This document shows positions 1-11,402 of a stretch of 64,000 nucleotides of DNA, piece by piece. Location of the stretch: the NCBI GenBank assembly GCA_965221775.1, contig CBDCSU010000006.1:2304001-2368000 (forward strand). Reading direction: 5' to 3'. Position 1 is the stretch's first letter. Each line of letters starts with the position of its first letter. The notes beneath the pieces are model-generated. The model was given only the letters and a program-made list of their open reading frames with translations. It did not search any database and was not told the DNA's origin. The position numbers were made by a program, and so were the translations under genes. Origin of the DNA: Candidatus Latescibacterota bacterium. Lineage in GTDB: Bacteria; Latescibacterota; UBA2968; UBA8231.

Positions 1-353
1 GTGTCGATGCGGTCGATGGTGCCGCGGACGTCGTCGACAACCCGCTCCATGTCGGCGCCCAGCTCGAGCTCGACGGTGACCGCCGCCATGCCCTCGGCGG
101 CGGTGGAGTTGATCCGGCGGATTCCCTCCAGACCGGTGAGGCGCTCCTCGATGCGGCGCACGACGCCGGACTCGACGTCGGCGGGGCTGGCCCCCGGATA
201 GGGGACCTGGACCTGGATGCGGTCGAGGTCGATCTCCGGAAAGGTCTCCTTCTTCATGCGCAGCACACCGAGGGCCCCGGTGAGCAGGACGAAGACCATG
301 AGCAGATTGGCGGCCACGTGGTTGCGGGCCATCCACGCGACGGATCGCTTCAC
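1..353 (-). CDS. AcrB/AcrD/AcrF-family RND efflux permease, N-terminal part (runs off the window edge)
   Basis: Not in the ORF track; translated by hand from GTG 353: MKRSVAWMARNHVAANLLMVFVLLTGALGVLRMKKETFPEIDLDRIQVQVPYPGASPADVESGVVRRIEE, a typical RND N-terminus. GTGA overlap with the adaptor stop codon. Confidence 0.93.
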   Translation of the reverse strand, partial: MKRSVAWMARNHVAANLLMVFVLLTGALGVLRMKKETFPEIDLDRIQVQVPYPGASPADVESGVVRRIEERLTGLEGIRRINSTAAEGMAAVTVELELGADMERVVDDVRGTIDRID

Positions 354-1564
354 GGCGCCTCGGCCCGGTGGGCGGGGGCCACCGCCATGCCGTCGGTGAC
401 ACCCCTCAGTTGAGACGTGATCACCCTCGCGCCGGGGGCGGCGTCGAAGCGCACGAGGGCCTCCTCGCGGCCGAGGTGGACCACTTCCACCGGTTGCCTC
501 CGCAGGCGGCCGTCCTCGGCGAGCCAGACCCGTCCGCCGTCGTGCAGGGCCCGCCGCGGGATGGTGCGGACCGCCGTCAGCGGGCGCCCCTGGATCTCCA
601 CCTCGACGAAGAGGCCCACCAGGAGCGGCGCCGTGGCGGAGTCCCGGGGGCCGTAGGGGTCGTCGACCTCGACGATGAGGTTGATCATGCGGCTGCGGGG
701 GTCGACCTGCCCCTCGGTGCGGACCACCCGCCCCTTCCAGGTGTGGTCGCGCCCGGCGTGGCGCGCCCGCAGCAGTACCTGCCCGCGGCCGGCCTCTTGG
801 GGCCGTTCCGGAGGGGGCGCGTCGGCGGCCAGCGGGCGCGGCGAGGCCGGCGGCGAGGGGACGTCGATCCACGCCAGCTCCTCGTCGGGCACCGGGACCG
901 GGATCTCGGCCCGTTCGATGCCGTAGAGACGGGCCACCCCCCGCCCGGGAGAGACGTACTGACCCAGGTCCAGGTCGGTAGATCGGACGCGCCCGGCGAA
1001 GGGGGCCCGCAGGCGGGTCCGCTCCAGGCGCAGCCGGGCTTCCCGCAGGCGGGCCCTCGCCGCCTTCAGCGCAGCCTCGGCCAGCCTCACCTGGGGGATG
1101 TGCAGGGCCAGGTCGGACGGCTCGGGCCCGCCGCCGCCGCGCAGCCTCTCCCACTCGGCGGCGGCTACCTCGGCCTCGCCCCGGGCGATCTCGAGCTGGT
1201 AGAGGGCCCTGGCCACCTCGGCATCGGCCTGGTCCACGGCGAGCTCGAAGTCCTCCGGGTCGATGCGGGCCAGCTCCTGGCCGGCGGAGAAGAAGCCGCC
1301 GGTCTCCATCTGCTCGGAGACCCAGACGATGCGGCCGCCCACCTGGGGCACGAGGTCGATCTCCCGGTCGGGGCGGACCGTCCCCTGGCCGCGGACGACG
1401 ACGCGGGCGGTCTCCGGCGGAGCCTGGACCGTCTCGACCAGGGGAACCCAATGGACCGGTTCCTCCCGGGGGGGCGGGGTGCGCAGGCTCACCAGGAGCA
1501 GGTAAGCGGCCACGCCGGCGGCCAGGACCGCCACCGGCAGGAGGAATCCCATCGCCTTACTCAT
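350..1564 (-). CDS. RND efflux periplasmic adaptor (membrane fusion protein)
   Basis: N-terminal TM, lipoyl-like halves (PQVGGRIV...G; LRAPFAGRV) flanking a coiled coil; lies between the OMF and RND genes. Confidence 0.93.
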   Translation of the reverse strand: MSKAMGFLLPVAVLAAGVAAYLLLVSLRTPPPREEPVHWVPLVETVQAPPETARVVVRGQGTVRPDREIDLVPQVGGRIVWVSEQMETGGFFSAGQELARIDPEDFELAVDQADAEVARALYQLEIARGEAEVAAAEWERLRGGGGPEPSDLALHIPQVRLAEAALKAARARLREARLRLERTRLRAPFAGRVRSTDLDLGQYVSPGRGVARLYGIERAEIPVPVPDEELAWIDVPSPPASPRPLAADAPPPERPQEAGRGQVLLRARHAGRDHTWKGRVVRTEGQVDPRSRMINLIVEVDDPYGPRDSATAPLLVGLFVEVEIQGRPLTAVRTIPRRALHDGGRVWLAEDGRLRRQPVEVVHLGREEALVRFDAAPGARVITSQLRGVTDGMAVAPAHRAEAP

Positions 1565-3035
1565 CGGTCGGGGACCCGATGGCGGGATGGGTGAAACCGC
1601 CGCCCAGGGCGACGTGCAGGTCGACGCGGGCGTCGACGCGGCGGCGCCGGGTGGTGAGCAGCTGGCTGTGCGCGTCCCAGGCCCGTCGCTGGGCGTCGAG
1701 GAGGGTGATGAGGCCCACCAGCCCCCGGCGGTAGCGGTCGTCGGCCAGGGACTCCGCCGCCGAGGCCTGGTCCGCCGTCTCGACCAAGGCCGCCTCCTGC
1801 TCGGCCAGGGCGGCCTCGGCTGCCAGGGCCCCCTCGACCTCGGCGAAGGCGCTCAGCACCAGGCCGGCGTAGGCGGCTGTCAGCGCCTCGCGGTCGGCTT
1901 CGGCCGCCGCCGCCCGCGCCCGCAGGCGGCCCCCCTGGAAGAGGGGCATGGTCAGGTTGGCCGCCAGGCTCCAGACCGAGAAGTCGCCGTCGAGCAGGTC
2001 GGCCAGCGCCTCGCTGGAGCGGCCGCCGCCGCCGGTGAGCCGGATGCCGGGCAGGAGCGCCCGGCGGGCCGACGTCAGGCGCTGATCGGCCGACGCCAGG
2101 CGGCGCTCGGCGGCGGCCAGGTCCGGGCGCCGGCGGACCAGGTCGGCGGGCAGTCCTGCCGGCACGCGGCCGGTCACCGCGGGAGGCGCCTCGGCGACGT
2201 CGAGCTCGGCCGCCGGGTAGCGCCCGAGGAGCACCTCGAGCCGGCGTGTGGCGGCGTCGAGCTGGAGCCTCCGCTGGGCCAGGGCGGCGCGGGCCCCGGC
2301 GGCCTCCGCACGCGCCAGGCGCAGGTCGAGGGAGGTCCGCAGGCCGAGGGCGTAGCGGTCTTCGATGCTCTCCCTCACCCGCTGCCGGTTGCCGGCTGCG
2401 GCCTCGGCCAGGCGGGCCTGGCTGCGAGCCTCGGCGGCAACCGCGTAGGCGCGCACGATCAGGGACTCCAGGGAGAGGCGGGCCCCGGCCAGGTCGAACC
2501 GGGTGGCCTGCGCCTCGGCGAGGGCCGCCGCCTGGTCGGCCCGCAGCCGCCCCCAGAGATCGGCCTCCCAGCTGGCGCTGAAGCCGGCGTCGAAGGTGTT
2601 CGCGGTCAACGGCGGAAGCTGGCCGGCCAAGGGGCCGAAGCCCGCGAAGTTGCGCCGCGAGCGGATGGCGGTGCCGTCGACACCGGTCAGGGGCCAGAGG
2701 TCTGCCCCGGCCATGCGCGCCTGGGCCACGGCGCGCTCCACGCGGGCGGAGGCGGCGGCCAGGTCCTGGTTGTGCGCCAGGCCCTCGGCGATGAGGGCGC
2801 CGAGGTTGGCGTCGTCGAGACCGCTCCACCACGGCGCGTGCAGGCTATCGGCCTCGGTGGGGCCGTGCCCGCCGGCGCTCCAGTCCGAGGGGGTGACGGC
2901 CACGGGGGGGTCGGGGTCGAAGGGCGGCGCCGAGGCGCAGGCGGCCGTCAGCCCCAGGGCCAGGGTGAGGGCTCCGCGGACCACGGTGGACCCCGCCCGC
3001 CGGAGTCCGGCGGCCGGAGGGGCCGGGTCAGTCAT
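1557..3035 (-). CDS. Efflux outer membrane factor lipoprotein (NodT/OprM type)
   Basis: Lipobox TAAC; motifs [31 protein letters not shown] and C-terminal ALGGG. Confidence 0.93.
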   Translation of the reverse strand: MTDPAPPAAGLRRAGSTVVRGALTLALGLTAACASAPPFDPDPPVAVTPSDWSAGGHGPTEADSLHAPWWSGLDDANLGALIAEGLAHNQDLAAASARVERAVAQARMAGADLWPLTGVDGTAIRSRRNFAGFGPLAGQLPPLTANTFDAGFSASWEADLWGRLRADQAAALAEAQATRFDLAGARLSLESLIVRAYAVAAEARSQARLAEAAAGNRQRVRESIEDRYALGLRTSLDLRLARAEAAGARAALAQRRLQLDAATRRLEVLLGRYPAAELDVAEAPPAVTGRVPAGLPADLVRRRPDLAAAERRLASADQRLTSARRALLPGIRLTGGGGRSSEALADLLDGDFSVWSLAANLTMPLFQGGRLRARAAAAEADREALTAAYAGLVLSAFAEVEGALAAEAALAEQEAALVETADQASAAESLADDRYRRGLVGLITLLDAQRRAWDAHSQLLTTRRRRVDARVDLHVALGGGFTHPAIGSPTDE

Positions 3036-3987
3036 TCGCGCTCTCCGCCGACGGGGCCGGTGAGGTCCGGCGGAACCATTTCACCGTGCGGCGGAGGCCC
3101 TCGTCCGGATCGACCCTCGGCTCCCATCCGAGCAGGTTGCGCGCCCTGGTGATGTCGGGCAGGCGGACCTTGGGGTCGTCCTCCGGGAGGGGCAGATGGA
3201 CCAGGCGGCTGCGGCTGCCCGTGAGGTCGATGATCTTCCTCGCCAGGCTCTCCATGGTCAGCTCGGCGGGGTTGCCGAGGTTGACGGGGGCCGTCACGTC
3301 CGACTCCATGAGGCGGCGGATTCCTTCCACGAGGTCGCTCACGTAGCCGATGCTGCGCGTCTGGCGGCCGTCGCCGTAGACGGTCAGGTCGTCACCGGCG
3401 AGGGCCTGGGTGATGAAGTTGGGAATGGCGCGGCCGTCGTCGTGGCGCATGCGGGGGCCGTAGGTGTTGAAGATCCGGGCGATGCGCGTGTCGACCCCGT
3501 GCGACCTGTTGTAGGCCATGGCCATCGATTCGGCGAAGCGCTTGGCCTCGTCGTAGACGCCGCGGATGCCGACGGGATTGACGTTGCCCCGGTAGTCCTC
3601 GCCCTGGGGGTGCACGAGGGGATCGCCGTAGACCTCGGAGGTGGAGGCGAGGAGGAAGCGGGCGCCCTTGGCGCGCGCGAGTCCCAGGGCCTTGTGGGTC
3701 CCGAGGGCGCCCACCTTGAGGATCTGGATCCCGAGCCGCTCGAAGTCTGCGGGGCTGGCGGGGCTGGCGAAGTGGAGGATGAAGTCGAGGGAACCGTCGA
3801 CGTGGAGGTACCCGGTCACGTCGTGGTGGATGAACTCGAAGTCGGGGTGGCTCCTGTGGGTCTCGAGGTTCTCGATGCGGCCGGTGAGCAGGTTGTCCAT
3901 GACGATCACCCGGTGGCCCTCCTGGAGGAACCGGTCGCACAGGTGGGATCCGATGAATCCCGCCCCCCCGGTGATCAGAATGCGCAC
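3028..3987 (-). CDS. UDP-glucuronic acid decarboxylase (UDP-xylose synthase)-family NAD-dependent epimerase/dehydratase
   Basis: True gene is the 3' end of track ORF 3028..6990; GTG 3987 follows a GAGGAG RBS. Motifs [40 protein letters not shown]. Confidence 0.92.
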   Translation of the reverse strand: MRILITGGAGFIGSHLCDRFLQEGHRVIVMDNLLTGRIENLETHRSHPDFEFIHHDVTGYLHVDGSLDFILHFASPASPADFERLGIQILKVGALGTHKALGLARAKGARFLLASTSEVYGDPLVHPQGEDYRGNVNPVGIRGVYDEAKRFAESMAMAYNRSHGVDTRIARIFNTYGPRMRHDDGRAIPNFITQALAGDDLTVYGDGRQTRSIGYVSDLVEGIRRLMESDVTAPVNLGNPAELTMESLARKIIDLTGSRSRLVHLPLPEDDPKVRLPDITRARNLLGWEPRVDPDEGLRRTVKWFRRTSPAPSAESAND

Positions 3988-4054
3988 GTTCGCTCTCCTC
4001 CGGCCCTGGACTCGGTAATAGAAGCTCCCTCTCTCACCGCGGCAACGCCGGAGA

Positions 4055-4083
4055 TTGACGGCCTTCCGCCCCCCCGATAGGTT
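4055..4083 (+). promoter_or_regulatory. Putative sigma70 promoter for dnaE
   Basis: TTGACG-17 nt-TAGGTT upstream of ATG 4141. Confidence 0.5.
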
Positions 4084-4140
4084 GCCTTGGGCGTCCCCCC
4101 ACACGTCACACTGGCTGCCCGCACGGCGGCCCGGGAGCCA

Positions 4141-7100
4141 ATGGCCAGCGCCGAGTTCGTCCACCTCCACGGACACAGCGAGTACAGCCTCCTCGACGGC
4201 GGCTGCGCCATCGACGCCATGGCGGCCTCCGCCGCCGAGGCCGGCATGCCCGCCCTGGCCGTCACCGACCACGGCAACCTCTTCGGCGCCATCGCCCACC
4301 ACCGGGCCTGCAAAGACGCCGGCATCCGGCCGATCTTCGGGTGCGAGGTCTACGTGGCCATCGGCAACCGCCACGACCGCACCGGGGCCCGCGGCCTGGC
4401 CCACGGCTCCAACCACCTCATCCTGCTGGCCAAGGACGCCGCGGGCTGGCAGAACCTGATCCAGCTCGTCTCCAAGGGGTACACCGAGGGTTTCTACTAC
4501 AATCCGCGCGTCGACAAGCAGCTCCTGCGGCAGCACGGCGAGGGGCTTGTCTGCATGTCCGCATGCGTCTCCGGAGAGGTGCCCCACCTGATCCAGGAGG
4601 AGGGGGTGGACCAGGCCGAGGCCGCGGCGCGGGAGTACATGGAGATCTTCGGGGACGACTACTACCTGGAGATCCAGCGCCACGGCATCGAGGTCGAGGC
4701 CAAGGTCAACGACGGGCTCCTGCACCTGCACCGCAAGCTCGGGGTGCCGCTGGTGGCCACCAACGACTTTCACTTCCTGCGCGCAGACGACCACGCCGCC
4801 CACGACGCCCTGGTCTGCATCCAGACGGGGAAGAACCTGTCCGATTCCGAAAGGATGTGCTATCCCTCGGGACTCTACATGAAGAGCCCCGCGGAGATGC
4901 AGGAGCTCTTCGCGGACCTGCCCGGGGCGATCGAGAACACCCTCGCCATCGCCGAGAAGTGCCGGGTGGAGCTGGACTTCGGGCGGTCTCTCATGCCCGG
5001 CTTCCCCATTCCCTCCGAGTTCGCGTCCGCCGACGAGTACCTGCGCCGCCTCGCCCAGGAAGGCCTGGAGCGCCGCTACCCGAAGATCGTCCCCGAGGTC
5101 CAGCAGCGCCTCGACTACGAGTTGAAGGTGATCACCAAGGAGGGCTTCTCCGGCTACTTCCTGATCGTCCAGGACTTCGTGCACCACGCCCGCGAGAGCG
5201 GCGTCACCGTCGGTCCGGGCCGCGGGTCGGCGGCCGGCAGCCTGGTCTCGTACTGCCTGGAGATCACCGACACCGACCCGATCCGCCACGACCTGCTCTT
5301 CGAGCGCTTCCTCAACCCCGAGCGCGTCGAGCCGCCCGACATCGACATCGACTTCGCCGACACGGGCCGGGACAAGGTCGTGCGCTACGTGGTCGAGAAG
5401 TACGGCGAGGAGAACGTCTCCCAGGTGATCACCTTCGGAACGATGGGCGCCAAGGCGGTGGTCCGCGACGTGGGGCGGGTCCTGGGCCTGCCCTTCGGCG
5501 AGGTGGACCGCATCGCCAAGCTGATCCCGGGGGAGCTGAAGATCACCCTCGACAAGGCGATTCAGCAGGTGCCGGAGCTGCAGCAGATGGCGGAGACCCC
5601 CGGCGAGCAGGGACAGCTGATCGAGTACTCCCGCAAGCTGGAGGGCCTGGCGCGCCACGCCTCGGTGCACGCCTGCGCCGTCATCATCGCCCCCTCCCGC
5701 CTCACCGATTACGTGCCCCTCTACCGGGCGCCGAAGGACGGCACCGTCACTACCCAGTTCGACGGCGAAACGTGCAAGGACGTGGGCCTGCTGAAGATGG
5801 ACATCCTGGGGTTGAAGGAGCTGTCCCTGATGGACGAGGCCGTGCGCCTCATCCGGCAGCGCGAGCCCGGCTTCGACCTGAACGAAGTCCCCTGGGACGA
5901 TGGTCCCACCTTCGACCTCTTCAGCCGCGGCGAGACGGTGGGCGTCTTCCAGTTCGAGAGCCCGGGCATGCGCGATCACCTGCGCCAGCTCAAGCCGGAC
6001 AAGATCGAGGACGTGATCGCCATGAACGCCCTCTACCGGCCGGGTCCGATGGAGGAAATCCCGAGGTACATCGCATGCCGCCAGGGGACGGAGCCCGTCG
6101 AGTACGATCACCCCATCCTCGAGCCGATCCTGAAGGAGACATACGGCATCATCACCTACCAGGAGCAGGTGCAGCGCATCTGCTGCGACCTCTCGGGCTT
6201 CACTCTCGGCCAGGCGGACGTCATCCGCAGCGCCATGAGCAAGAAGCGGTACGACGTGATGGAGACGTACTGGCCGGAGTTCGTCGAGGGGGCGGTGGGA
6301 AACGGTGTCGACCGGAAGATTGCGGAAAATATCTGGAAGAAGATCGCGAAGTTCTCGGAGTACGGATTCAACAAATCCCACTCCGCACCCTACTCTGAGG
6401 TGGCCTACAGGAACGCCTACCTCAAGACCCACTACCCGAAGGAGTACTTGGCGGCGAGCCTGACCACGGACCGCAACAACACCGACCGGCTCACCGTTCT
6501 CCTCGACGAGTGCCGGCGCATGGAGGTCCCGGTGCTGCCGCCCGACGTCAACGAGAGCGCCGTCAACTTCGTGCCCACGGAGACCGGCATCCGCTTCGGC
6601 CTGGCGGCGGTCAAGAACGTCGGCGCCGCCGCCGCCGGCTCGATCGTCGCCGGACGCGAGGAGCACGGTGCTTCGAAGGACCTCTACGAGTTCTGCGAGC
6701 GCCTCGACCTGGGCGCCGTCAACCGGCGCGTGGTGGAGAGCCTGGTCGCCGCCGGCGCCTGCGACAGCCTCGGCGGGCACCGGGCACAGCTCCTCGAGGC
6801 CCTGGAGCGGGCCATGCGCAACGCCCAGTCGGTGCAGGACGAGCGCCGCCGCGGCCAGATCAGCCTCTTCGGCGGAGACTCGGCGCTGGAGATGGAGCAA
6901 CAGCCGGCGTTGCCGGACGTGCCCGAGTGGACCGAGACCGAGCGGCTTTCCAACGAGAAGGAGCTGCTCGGGTTCTACGTCTCCAGCCATCCCCTGAGCC
7001 GCTACGAGAAGGACCTGGCGTACTTCGCCACATCCCTGCTGGAGATCGACGGCCGTCAGGACGGGGATCCGGTGCGCGTCGGCGGTCTCGTCAGCCGCGT

Positions 7101-7602
7101 CAGCCCATCGAGCGACCGCCGAGGGAAGGCGATGGCCTTCGTCACCCTCGAGGACCTATCGGGCAAGGCGGAGGTCGTGTTCTTCTCCGATGCCTACGAC
7201 AGATGCCGGGACCTGGTCGTGCAGGACGCGGTGGTCCTCGTCGAGGGCCGCCTGAACCGCCGCAACGGTGTCATGACGGTGCAGGCCGAGGGGGCCGCGC
7301 CGATGGACCAGGGCCGGGAGCGGCTGACGCGTTCGGTGAACGTCGACCTCCCGTACGAGGCGGTGTCGGACCAGTTGCTGGCCGACCTGCGCCGACTGTG
7401 CGGCGAGCACCGGGGGACCTGCGATCTCGTCGTCCACCTGCGGGGCGCCCCTGCCGCCCCGGGAGGCCGCGAACCCGTGGTCCGCTCCCGCAGCCTCCGC
7501 GTGAACCCGACGGACGAGTTGTTGCATGCCATGGACAACCTCGCCGGGCTGGAGCGGGCGCGGATCACGGCCCTGCCGCCCCAGGCGGGGCAGCGTGCCT
7601 GA
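4141..7602 (+). CDS. dnaE: DNA polymerase III alpha subunit
   Basis: PHP domain ([18 protein letters not shown]), [10 protein letters not shown], catalytic PPDIDID, KMDILG, YGFNKSH, C-terminal OB fold. Confidence 0.98.
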   Translation: MASAEFVHLHGHSEYSLLDGGCAIDAMAASAAEAGMPALAVTDHGNLFGAIAHHRACKDAGIRPIFGCEVYVAIGNRHDRTGARGLAHGSNHLILLAKDAAGWQNLIQLVSKGYTEGFYYNPRVDKQLLRQHGEGLVCMSACVSGEVPHLIQEEGVDQAEAAAREYMEIFGDDYYLEIQRHGIEVEAKVNDGLLHLHRKLGVPLVATNDFHFLRADDHAAHDALVCIQTGKNLSDSERMCYPSGLYMKSPAEMQELFADLPGAIENTLAIAEKCRVELDFGRSLMPGFPIPSEFASADEYLRRLAQEGLERRYPKIVPEVQQRLDYELKVITKEGFSGYFLIVQDFVHHARESGVTVGPGRGSAAGSLVSYCLEITDTDPIRHDLLFERFLNPERVEPPDIDIDFADTGRDKVVRYVVEKYGEENVSQVITFGTMGAKAVVRDVGRVLGLPFGEVDRIAKLIPGELKITLDKAIQQVPELQQMAETPGEQGQLIEYSRKLEGLARHASVHACAVIIAPSRLTDYVPLYRAPKDGTVTTQFDGETCKDVGLLKMDILGLKELSLMDEAVRLIRQREPGFDLNEVPWDDGPTFDLFSRGETVGVFQFESPGMRDHLRQLKPDKIEDVIAMNALYRPGPMEEIPRYIACRQGTEPVEYDHPILEPILKETYGIITYQEQVQRICCDLSGFTLGQADVIRSAMSKKRYDVMETYWPEFVEGAVGNGVDRKIAENIWKKIAKFSEYGFNKSHSAPYSEVAYRNAYLKTHYPKEYLAASLTTDRNNTDRLTVLLDECRRMEVPVLPPDVNESAVNFVPTETGIRFGLAAVKNVGAAAAGSIVAGREEHGASKDLYEFCERLDLGAVNRRVVESLVAAGACDSLGGHRAQLLEALERAMRNAQSVQDERRRGQISLFGGDSALEMEQQPALPDVPEWTETERLSNEKELLGFYVSSHPLSRYEKDLAYFATSLLEIDGRQDGDPVRVGGLVSRVSPSSDRRGKAMAFVTLEDLSGKAEVVFFSDAYDRCRDLVVQDAVVLVEGRLNRRNGVMTVQAEGAAPMDQGRERLTRSVNVDLPYEAVSDQLLADLRRLCGEHRGTCDLVVHLRGAPAAPGGREPVVRSRSLRVNPTDELLHAMDNLAGLERARITALPPQAGQRA

Positions 7603-7625
7603 GAGTGGGACTCCGGATCTTCCGC

Positions 7626-8135
7626 ATGGGGCTGGCGGCCCTGGCCCTGGCCCTCTGGGCCTGCACCGGGGGAGGTCCGGAGGGCGGGGCCGAGGCGGAA
7701 TCCGGCTTCGTGGGGGACGTGGGGGGCTTCGACCTGGCGGACTACGAGGGCCGGGTGGTGGTCCTCAATTTCTGGGCCACCTGGTGCGGGCCTTGCCGCA
7801 TCGAGATTCCCGCTCTCGTCCGGCTGCGGCAGGACTTCGGGGAGGTGGCCGTCGTCGGAATCTCCATCGACCGCGGACCGGTAGAGCAGATCGTGCCCGT
7901 CATCGAGAGGTTCGTCTCCCGCTTCGAGATCAACTACCCGATCTACCTGGATGCGGAGCAGAAGGTGGCCAGGGACTACGCCGGCTCGGCGCCGTTCCTG
8001 ATGTACGTGCCGACGACGGCGGTGATCGACCAGGAAGGCCGCCTGGTGAAGCTGTACCAAGGGGTTCCCGGCCGCGGCCTCGACCCCTACGAGGTGCTCG
8101 CCGCCGAGGTGGAGGCGCTGCTGGACGACGCCTGA
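7626..8135 (+). CDS. TlpA/ResA-family thiol-disulfide oxidoreductase lipoprotein
   Basis: Lipobox-like LWAC and VLNFWATWCGPC motif; start approximate. Confidence 0.88.
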   Translation: MGLAALALALWACTGGGPEGGAEAESGFVGDVGGFDLADYEGRVVVLNFWATWCGPCRIEIPALVRLRQDFGEVAVVGISIDRGPVEQIVPVIERFVSRFEINYPIYLDAEQKVARDYAGSAPFLMYVPTTAVIDQEGRLVKLYQGVPGRGLDPYEVLAAEVEALLDDA

Positions 8136-8168
8136 CCGTTCCGGAAGGCCGGGAGGCGCCGGGCGGGA

Positions 8169-8447
8169 TCAGCTCTTGTAGTCCTGGAGCTCTCGCTTGC
8201 CGTGACGCTTGACGAGGACCTTCCGGAAGGTCTCCAGGGTGGTGCCCTTGCGCAGCTGCTGAAGGGCGATCCCCTTCGACATGACCATCATGGTGCCGCG
8301 GCGGTAATCGGGGAAGCGGCAGAAGCTCGAGGAGACCTCGTCGCCGGAGACGCAGCAGGTGTCTTCCACCTCGAGCTCGCGCTGCGAGCCGGGGTCGAAT
8401 CCGAAGTCCGTCGAGTCGTCGTCGCGGCTGTTGGTGCTCTTGGCCAT
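8169..8447 (-). CDS. Small hypothetical protein (92 aa)
   Basis: ATG 8447 with AAGAGG RBS; fills the gap between tlpA and map; upstream TTGCGC-16-TACTTT. Confidence 0.7.
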   Translation of the reverse strand: MAKSTNSRDDDSTDFGFDPGSQRELEVEDTCCVSGDEVSSSFCRFPDYRRGTMMVMSKGIALQQLRKGTTLETFRKVLVKRHGKRELQDYKS

Positions 8448-8534
8448 CGGTCCGCCTCTTCTTCTGGTTTTTCCGGGGGCAGGCAAGCCGAATAAAGTAC
8501 GGCGCCCCCCAGGCTGCGCAACGGAGGGGTCAGC

Positions 8535-9296
8535 TCAGAAGGCCAGGTCGTCGAAGCGGGACAACACGTCGGGTCCGCCGTCGGTGATCGCCACGGTGTG
8601 CTCGAACTGGCTCGACAGGGAGCCGTCGGCGGTGACCGCCGTCCACTGGTCGTCGAGGACGCGGACCTCCGGCGCGCCCGCGTTGACCATGGGCTCCACC
8701 GTGAGGACGGTGCCCGGCTCGAGACGGCGGCCCTGGTTGGGCTCGCCGAAGTGCAGCAGCTGCGGCTCCTCGTGGAAGGCGCGGCCGATGCCGTGGCCGC
8801 AGTAGTCGCGGACCACCGAGTAGCCCCGTTCCTCCACGAGCCGCTGGATGCGGTGCCCCACGTCGCCCAGGCGGGCGCCGGCGATGCTGGCCTCCAGGCC
8901 CGCTTCCATCCCCTGGCGGGTCGTCTCCATCAGATCGCGGGCCTGGGGGCCGACCTCGCCCACGGCGAAGGAGACGTTCATGTCGCCGTGATACCCGTCT
9001 TTGCGCACGGCGATGTCCACGGAGAGGATGTCGCCGGCCTGCAGCCGGCGGCGCCCCGGGATCCCGTGGACGACCTCCTCGTTGACGGAGACGCAGATGC
9101 TGCTCGGGTAGCCGCGGTATCCCTTGGCGCTGGCCACGCCGCCCCGCTGGCGGATGTGGTCGTCGGCGATGCGGTCGAGGCGCGCCGTGGTGACCCCCGG
9201 GGCGATGGCGCCGCCCACGAGGGCCATGGCCTCGGCGGCGATGCGGCAGCTGGCCCGGATCCGCTCGATCTCGGCGGCTGACTTGAGGTGAATCAT
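8535..9296 (-). CDS. map: Methionine aminopeptidase type I
   Basis: SICVSVNEEVVHGIP, GYHGD, GHGIG..FHEEP, EPM, SSQFEHT motifs. Confidence 0.97.
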   Translation of the reverse strand: MIHLKSAAEIERIRASCRIAAEAMALVGGAIAPGVTTARLDRIADDHIRQRGGVASAKGYRGYPSSICVSVNEEVVHGIPGRRRLQAGDILSVDIAVRKDGYHGDMNVSFAVGEVGPQARDLMETTRQGMEAGLEASIAGARLGDVGHRIQRLVEERGYSVVRDYCGHGIGRAFHEEPQLLHFGEPNQGRRLEPGTVLTVEPMVNAGAPEVRVLDDQWTAVTADGSLSSQFEHTVAITDGGPDVLSRFDDLAF

Positions 9297-9364
9297 CCCT
9301 GGTCCCGGTTGGTAGCGTGTCGTGGTAAGCACGGCTACCATTCGCCACTGTCAAGGGTCATGGC

Positions 9365-10384
9365 ATGTCGACGCCCCTCGTCTCCTTCCTCCTGCCCACC
9401 TGCAACAGCGGCGCCACTCTCGCAGCGGCCCTCGACAGCCTCGAGGAGCAGACGGAGCGGGACCACGAAGTCGTCGTCGTCGACGACGGATCGACGGACG
9501 GCACGGCGGCCCTGCTCGAGTCTCGCGGCGACCCCCGCCTGCGGGTCCTGCGCATCGGCCACGCCGGCCTCCTGGCGGCCCTCAACCGGGGACTCGCCGA
9601 GTGCCGGGGCCGCTACGTGGCGCGCATGGACGCCGACGACCTGTGCCGGCCGGAACGCCTGGAACGGCAGCTCGAGATCGCCGAGGCCGACGGCGACGTG
9701 AGCGTCGTCGGCACGCAGGTGGAGGTGTTCTCCACGGACGGGGAGGTGGCGGAGGGGTTCCGCCTGTACGCGGAGTGGCAGAACTCCCTGGTCCGCCACG
9801 AGGAGATCTGCCGCGAGATCTTCATCGAGAGCCCCATCGCCCACCCGTCGGCGCTGCTGCGGCGCGAGGAGCTGGTTGCCCTCGGCGGGTACGAGGAGCG
9901 CGGCTGGGCGGAGGACTACGACCTGTGGCTGCGCTACCACGCCGCCGGCCGGCGGTTCGCCAAGGTGGCGGCGCCGCTGCTGCGCTGGCGCGAGCACCCC
10001 CGCCGCGCGACCCGCACCGACGGCCGCTACTCGGTGGAGAACTTCCTGCGCGCCAAGGCCCACTACCTCGCCCGGGGGCCGCTGCGGAATCGGGACGGAC
10101 TGGTGATCTGGGGCGCCGGGCGCACCGGGCGGCGGCTCTCCAAGCACCTGATCCGGGCGGGCCACGAGCCGGTCTGCTTCATCGACGTCGCTCCCGACAG
10201 AATCGGCAGAACCCTGCGCGGCGTTCCGATCCGGTCCGCCGGGGAGCTGATGGCGTGCTGGTCTTCGCAGCGGCGGCCGATCCTGCTGGCGGCGGTAGCC
10301 TCCCGGGGGGCGCGGGCCCTGATCCGGGACCAGCTGGCCGACATGGGTCTGAAGGAAGTGGAGGACTACCTGTGTGTAGCCTGA
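9365..10384 (+). CDS. GT2 glycosyltransferase with C-terminal Rossmann-like extension
   Basis: [22 protein letters not shown]; C-terminal IWGAGRTG. Confidence 0.9.
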   Translation: MSTPLVSFLLPTCNSGATLAAALDSLEEQTERDHEVVVVDDGSTDGTAALLESRGDPRLRVLRIGHAGLLAALNRGLAECRGRYVARMDADDLCRPERLERQLEIAEADGDVSVVGTQVEVFSTDGEVAEGFRLYAEWQNSLVRHEEICREIFIESPIAHPSALLRREELVALGGYEERGWAEDYDLWLRYHAAGRRFAKVAAPLLRWREHPRRATRTDGRYSVENFLRAKAHYLARGPLRNRDGLVIWGAGRTGRRLSKHLIRAGHEPVCFIDVAPDRIGRTLRGVPIRSAGELMACWSSQRRPILLAAVASRGARALIRDQLADMGLKEVEDYLCVA

Positions 10385-10905
10385 AGGACCGGATCGAGCT
10401 CTTCCGGGGAGACATCACCACCCTCGCCGTGGACGCCATCGTCAACGCCGCCAACGAGAGCCTCCTCGGCGGCGGCGGCGTCGATGGCGCCATCCACCGG
10501 GCCGCGGGGCCGGAGTTGCTCGCCGAGTGCCGCACTCTGGGCGGCTGTCCGACGGGCGAGGCCCGCATCACCGGCGGCTACCGTCTGGCGGCACGGCGGG
10601 TGATCCACACGGTGGGGCCCGTGTACAGCGGGTCCGCCCGGGACCCCGAGCTGCTGGCCGCCTGCTACCGCAACAGCCTGAACCTGGCGGCGGAGCACGG
10701 ACTCTCCAGCGTCGCCTTCCCGGCGATCAGCTGCGGGGTCTACCGGTACCCGGTGGCGGCGGCGTGCGCCGTGGCCATCGAGGCGGTGCGGGAGCACCTG
10801 GCGCGCCGCCACCTGCCGGAGCGCGTCCTCTTCGCCCTCTTCTCGGGGCGTCACTACGCCGTGTACGAAGCCGCCCTGGGGGCCGGGGTCGGGCCAGGGC
10901 GCTAG
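10372..10905 (+). CDS. Macro-domain O-acetyl-ADP-ribose deacetylase (YmdB family)
   Basis: [41 protein letters not shown]. Confidence 0.93.
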   Translation: MCSLKDRIELFRGDITTLAVDAIVNAANESLLGGGGVDGAIHRAAGPELLAECRTLGGCPTGEARITGGYRLAARRVIHTVGPVYSGSARDPELLAACYRNSLNLAAEHGLSSVAFPAISCGVYRYPVAAACAVAIEAVREHLARRHLPERVLFALFSGRHYAVYEAALGAGVGPGR

Positions 10906-11402
10906 AGGCCGAAGACCTCGCGCGTGACGGTGGGCAGGCGATGGAAGTCGCGCAGCTCGTAGCGGTTGCCCTCCGCGTCCTCGATGATGGCCCGGTTGCG
11001 GGACAGGACGCGGATGTGGGAGCGGATATTGCGGATCTCGATACGCCGGGGTCCGCTCGAGGTCTCCACGTCGGCGTGCACGACGCCGAAGTCCTCGGCA
11101 ATGCTGGTCACCGAGGTGATGACCGGCAGGAAGTAGGTCAGGGCGAGCTGGTCCTCCAGGGCGGTGCGGCTCTCCGCGTCGAGGCCGTCGAGGGTTTCGA
11201 GGAGGCCGATCTCCTCGCCGCCGGCGTCGAAGAGGCCGATGAAGCCGTCGGCCATCTCCAGGGGGAAGGCGCGGCGCACCGAGACGTCGTCGAAGCTCCT
11301 CCCTCCCGTCTCCACCGTCAGCAGGGCGCGGCCGTTGCGGCGGATGCGCAGGGCCGACGGATCGAGGACCGGGTCGTGCACGGGATCCGGCGTCGAGGTC
11401 AC
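10902..11402 (-). CDS. DUF1854-like protein
   Basis: [29 protein letters not shown] pattern; overlaps the stop of the upstream ABC gene. Confidence 0.75.
   Translation of the reverse strand: MTSTPDPVHDPVLDPSALRIRRNGRALLTVETGGRSFDDVSVRRAFPLEMADGFIGLFDAGGEEIGLLETLDGLDAESRTALEDQLALTYFLPVITSVTSIAEDFGVVHADVETSSGPRRIEIRNIRSHIRVLSRNRAIIEDAEGNRYELRDFHRLPTVTREVFGL

Noticed and set aside
6350-6390. Possible intein at the common DnaE insertion site
   Set aside because: YGFNKSHS is contiguous and the protein length (about 1150 aa) is normal.
3988-6990. 1320-aa minus-strand ORF suggesting a giant epimerase fusion
   Set aside because: The upstream part is the antisense shadow of dnaE; the real gene starts at GTG 3987 with its own RBS.
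9365-10905. GT2 plus macro-domain pair as a possible ADP-ribosylation or defence system
   Set aside because: The macro protein is a plain YmdB type, and no ADP-ribosyltransferase, sirtuin or toxin is adjacent.
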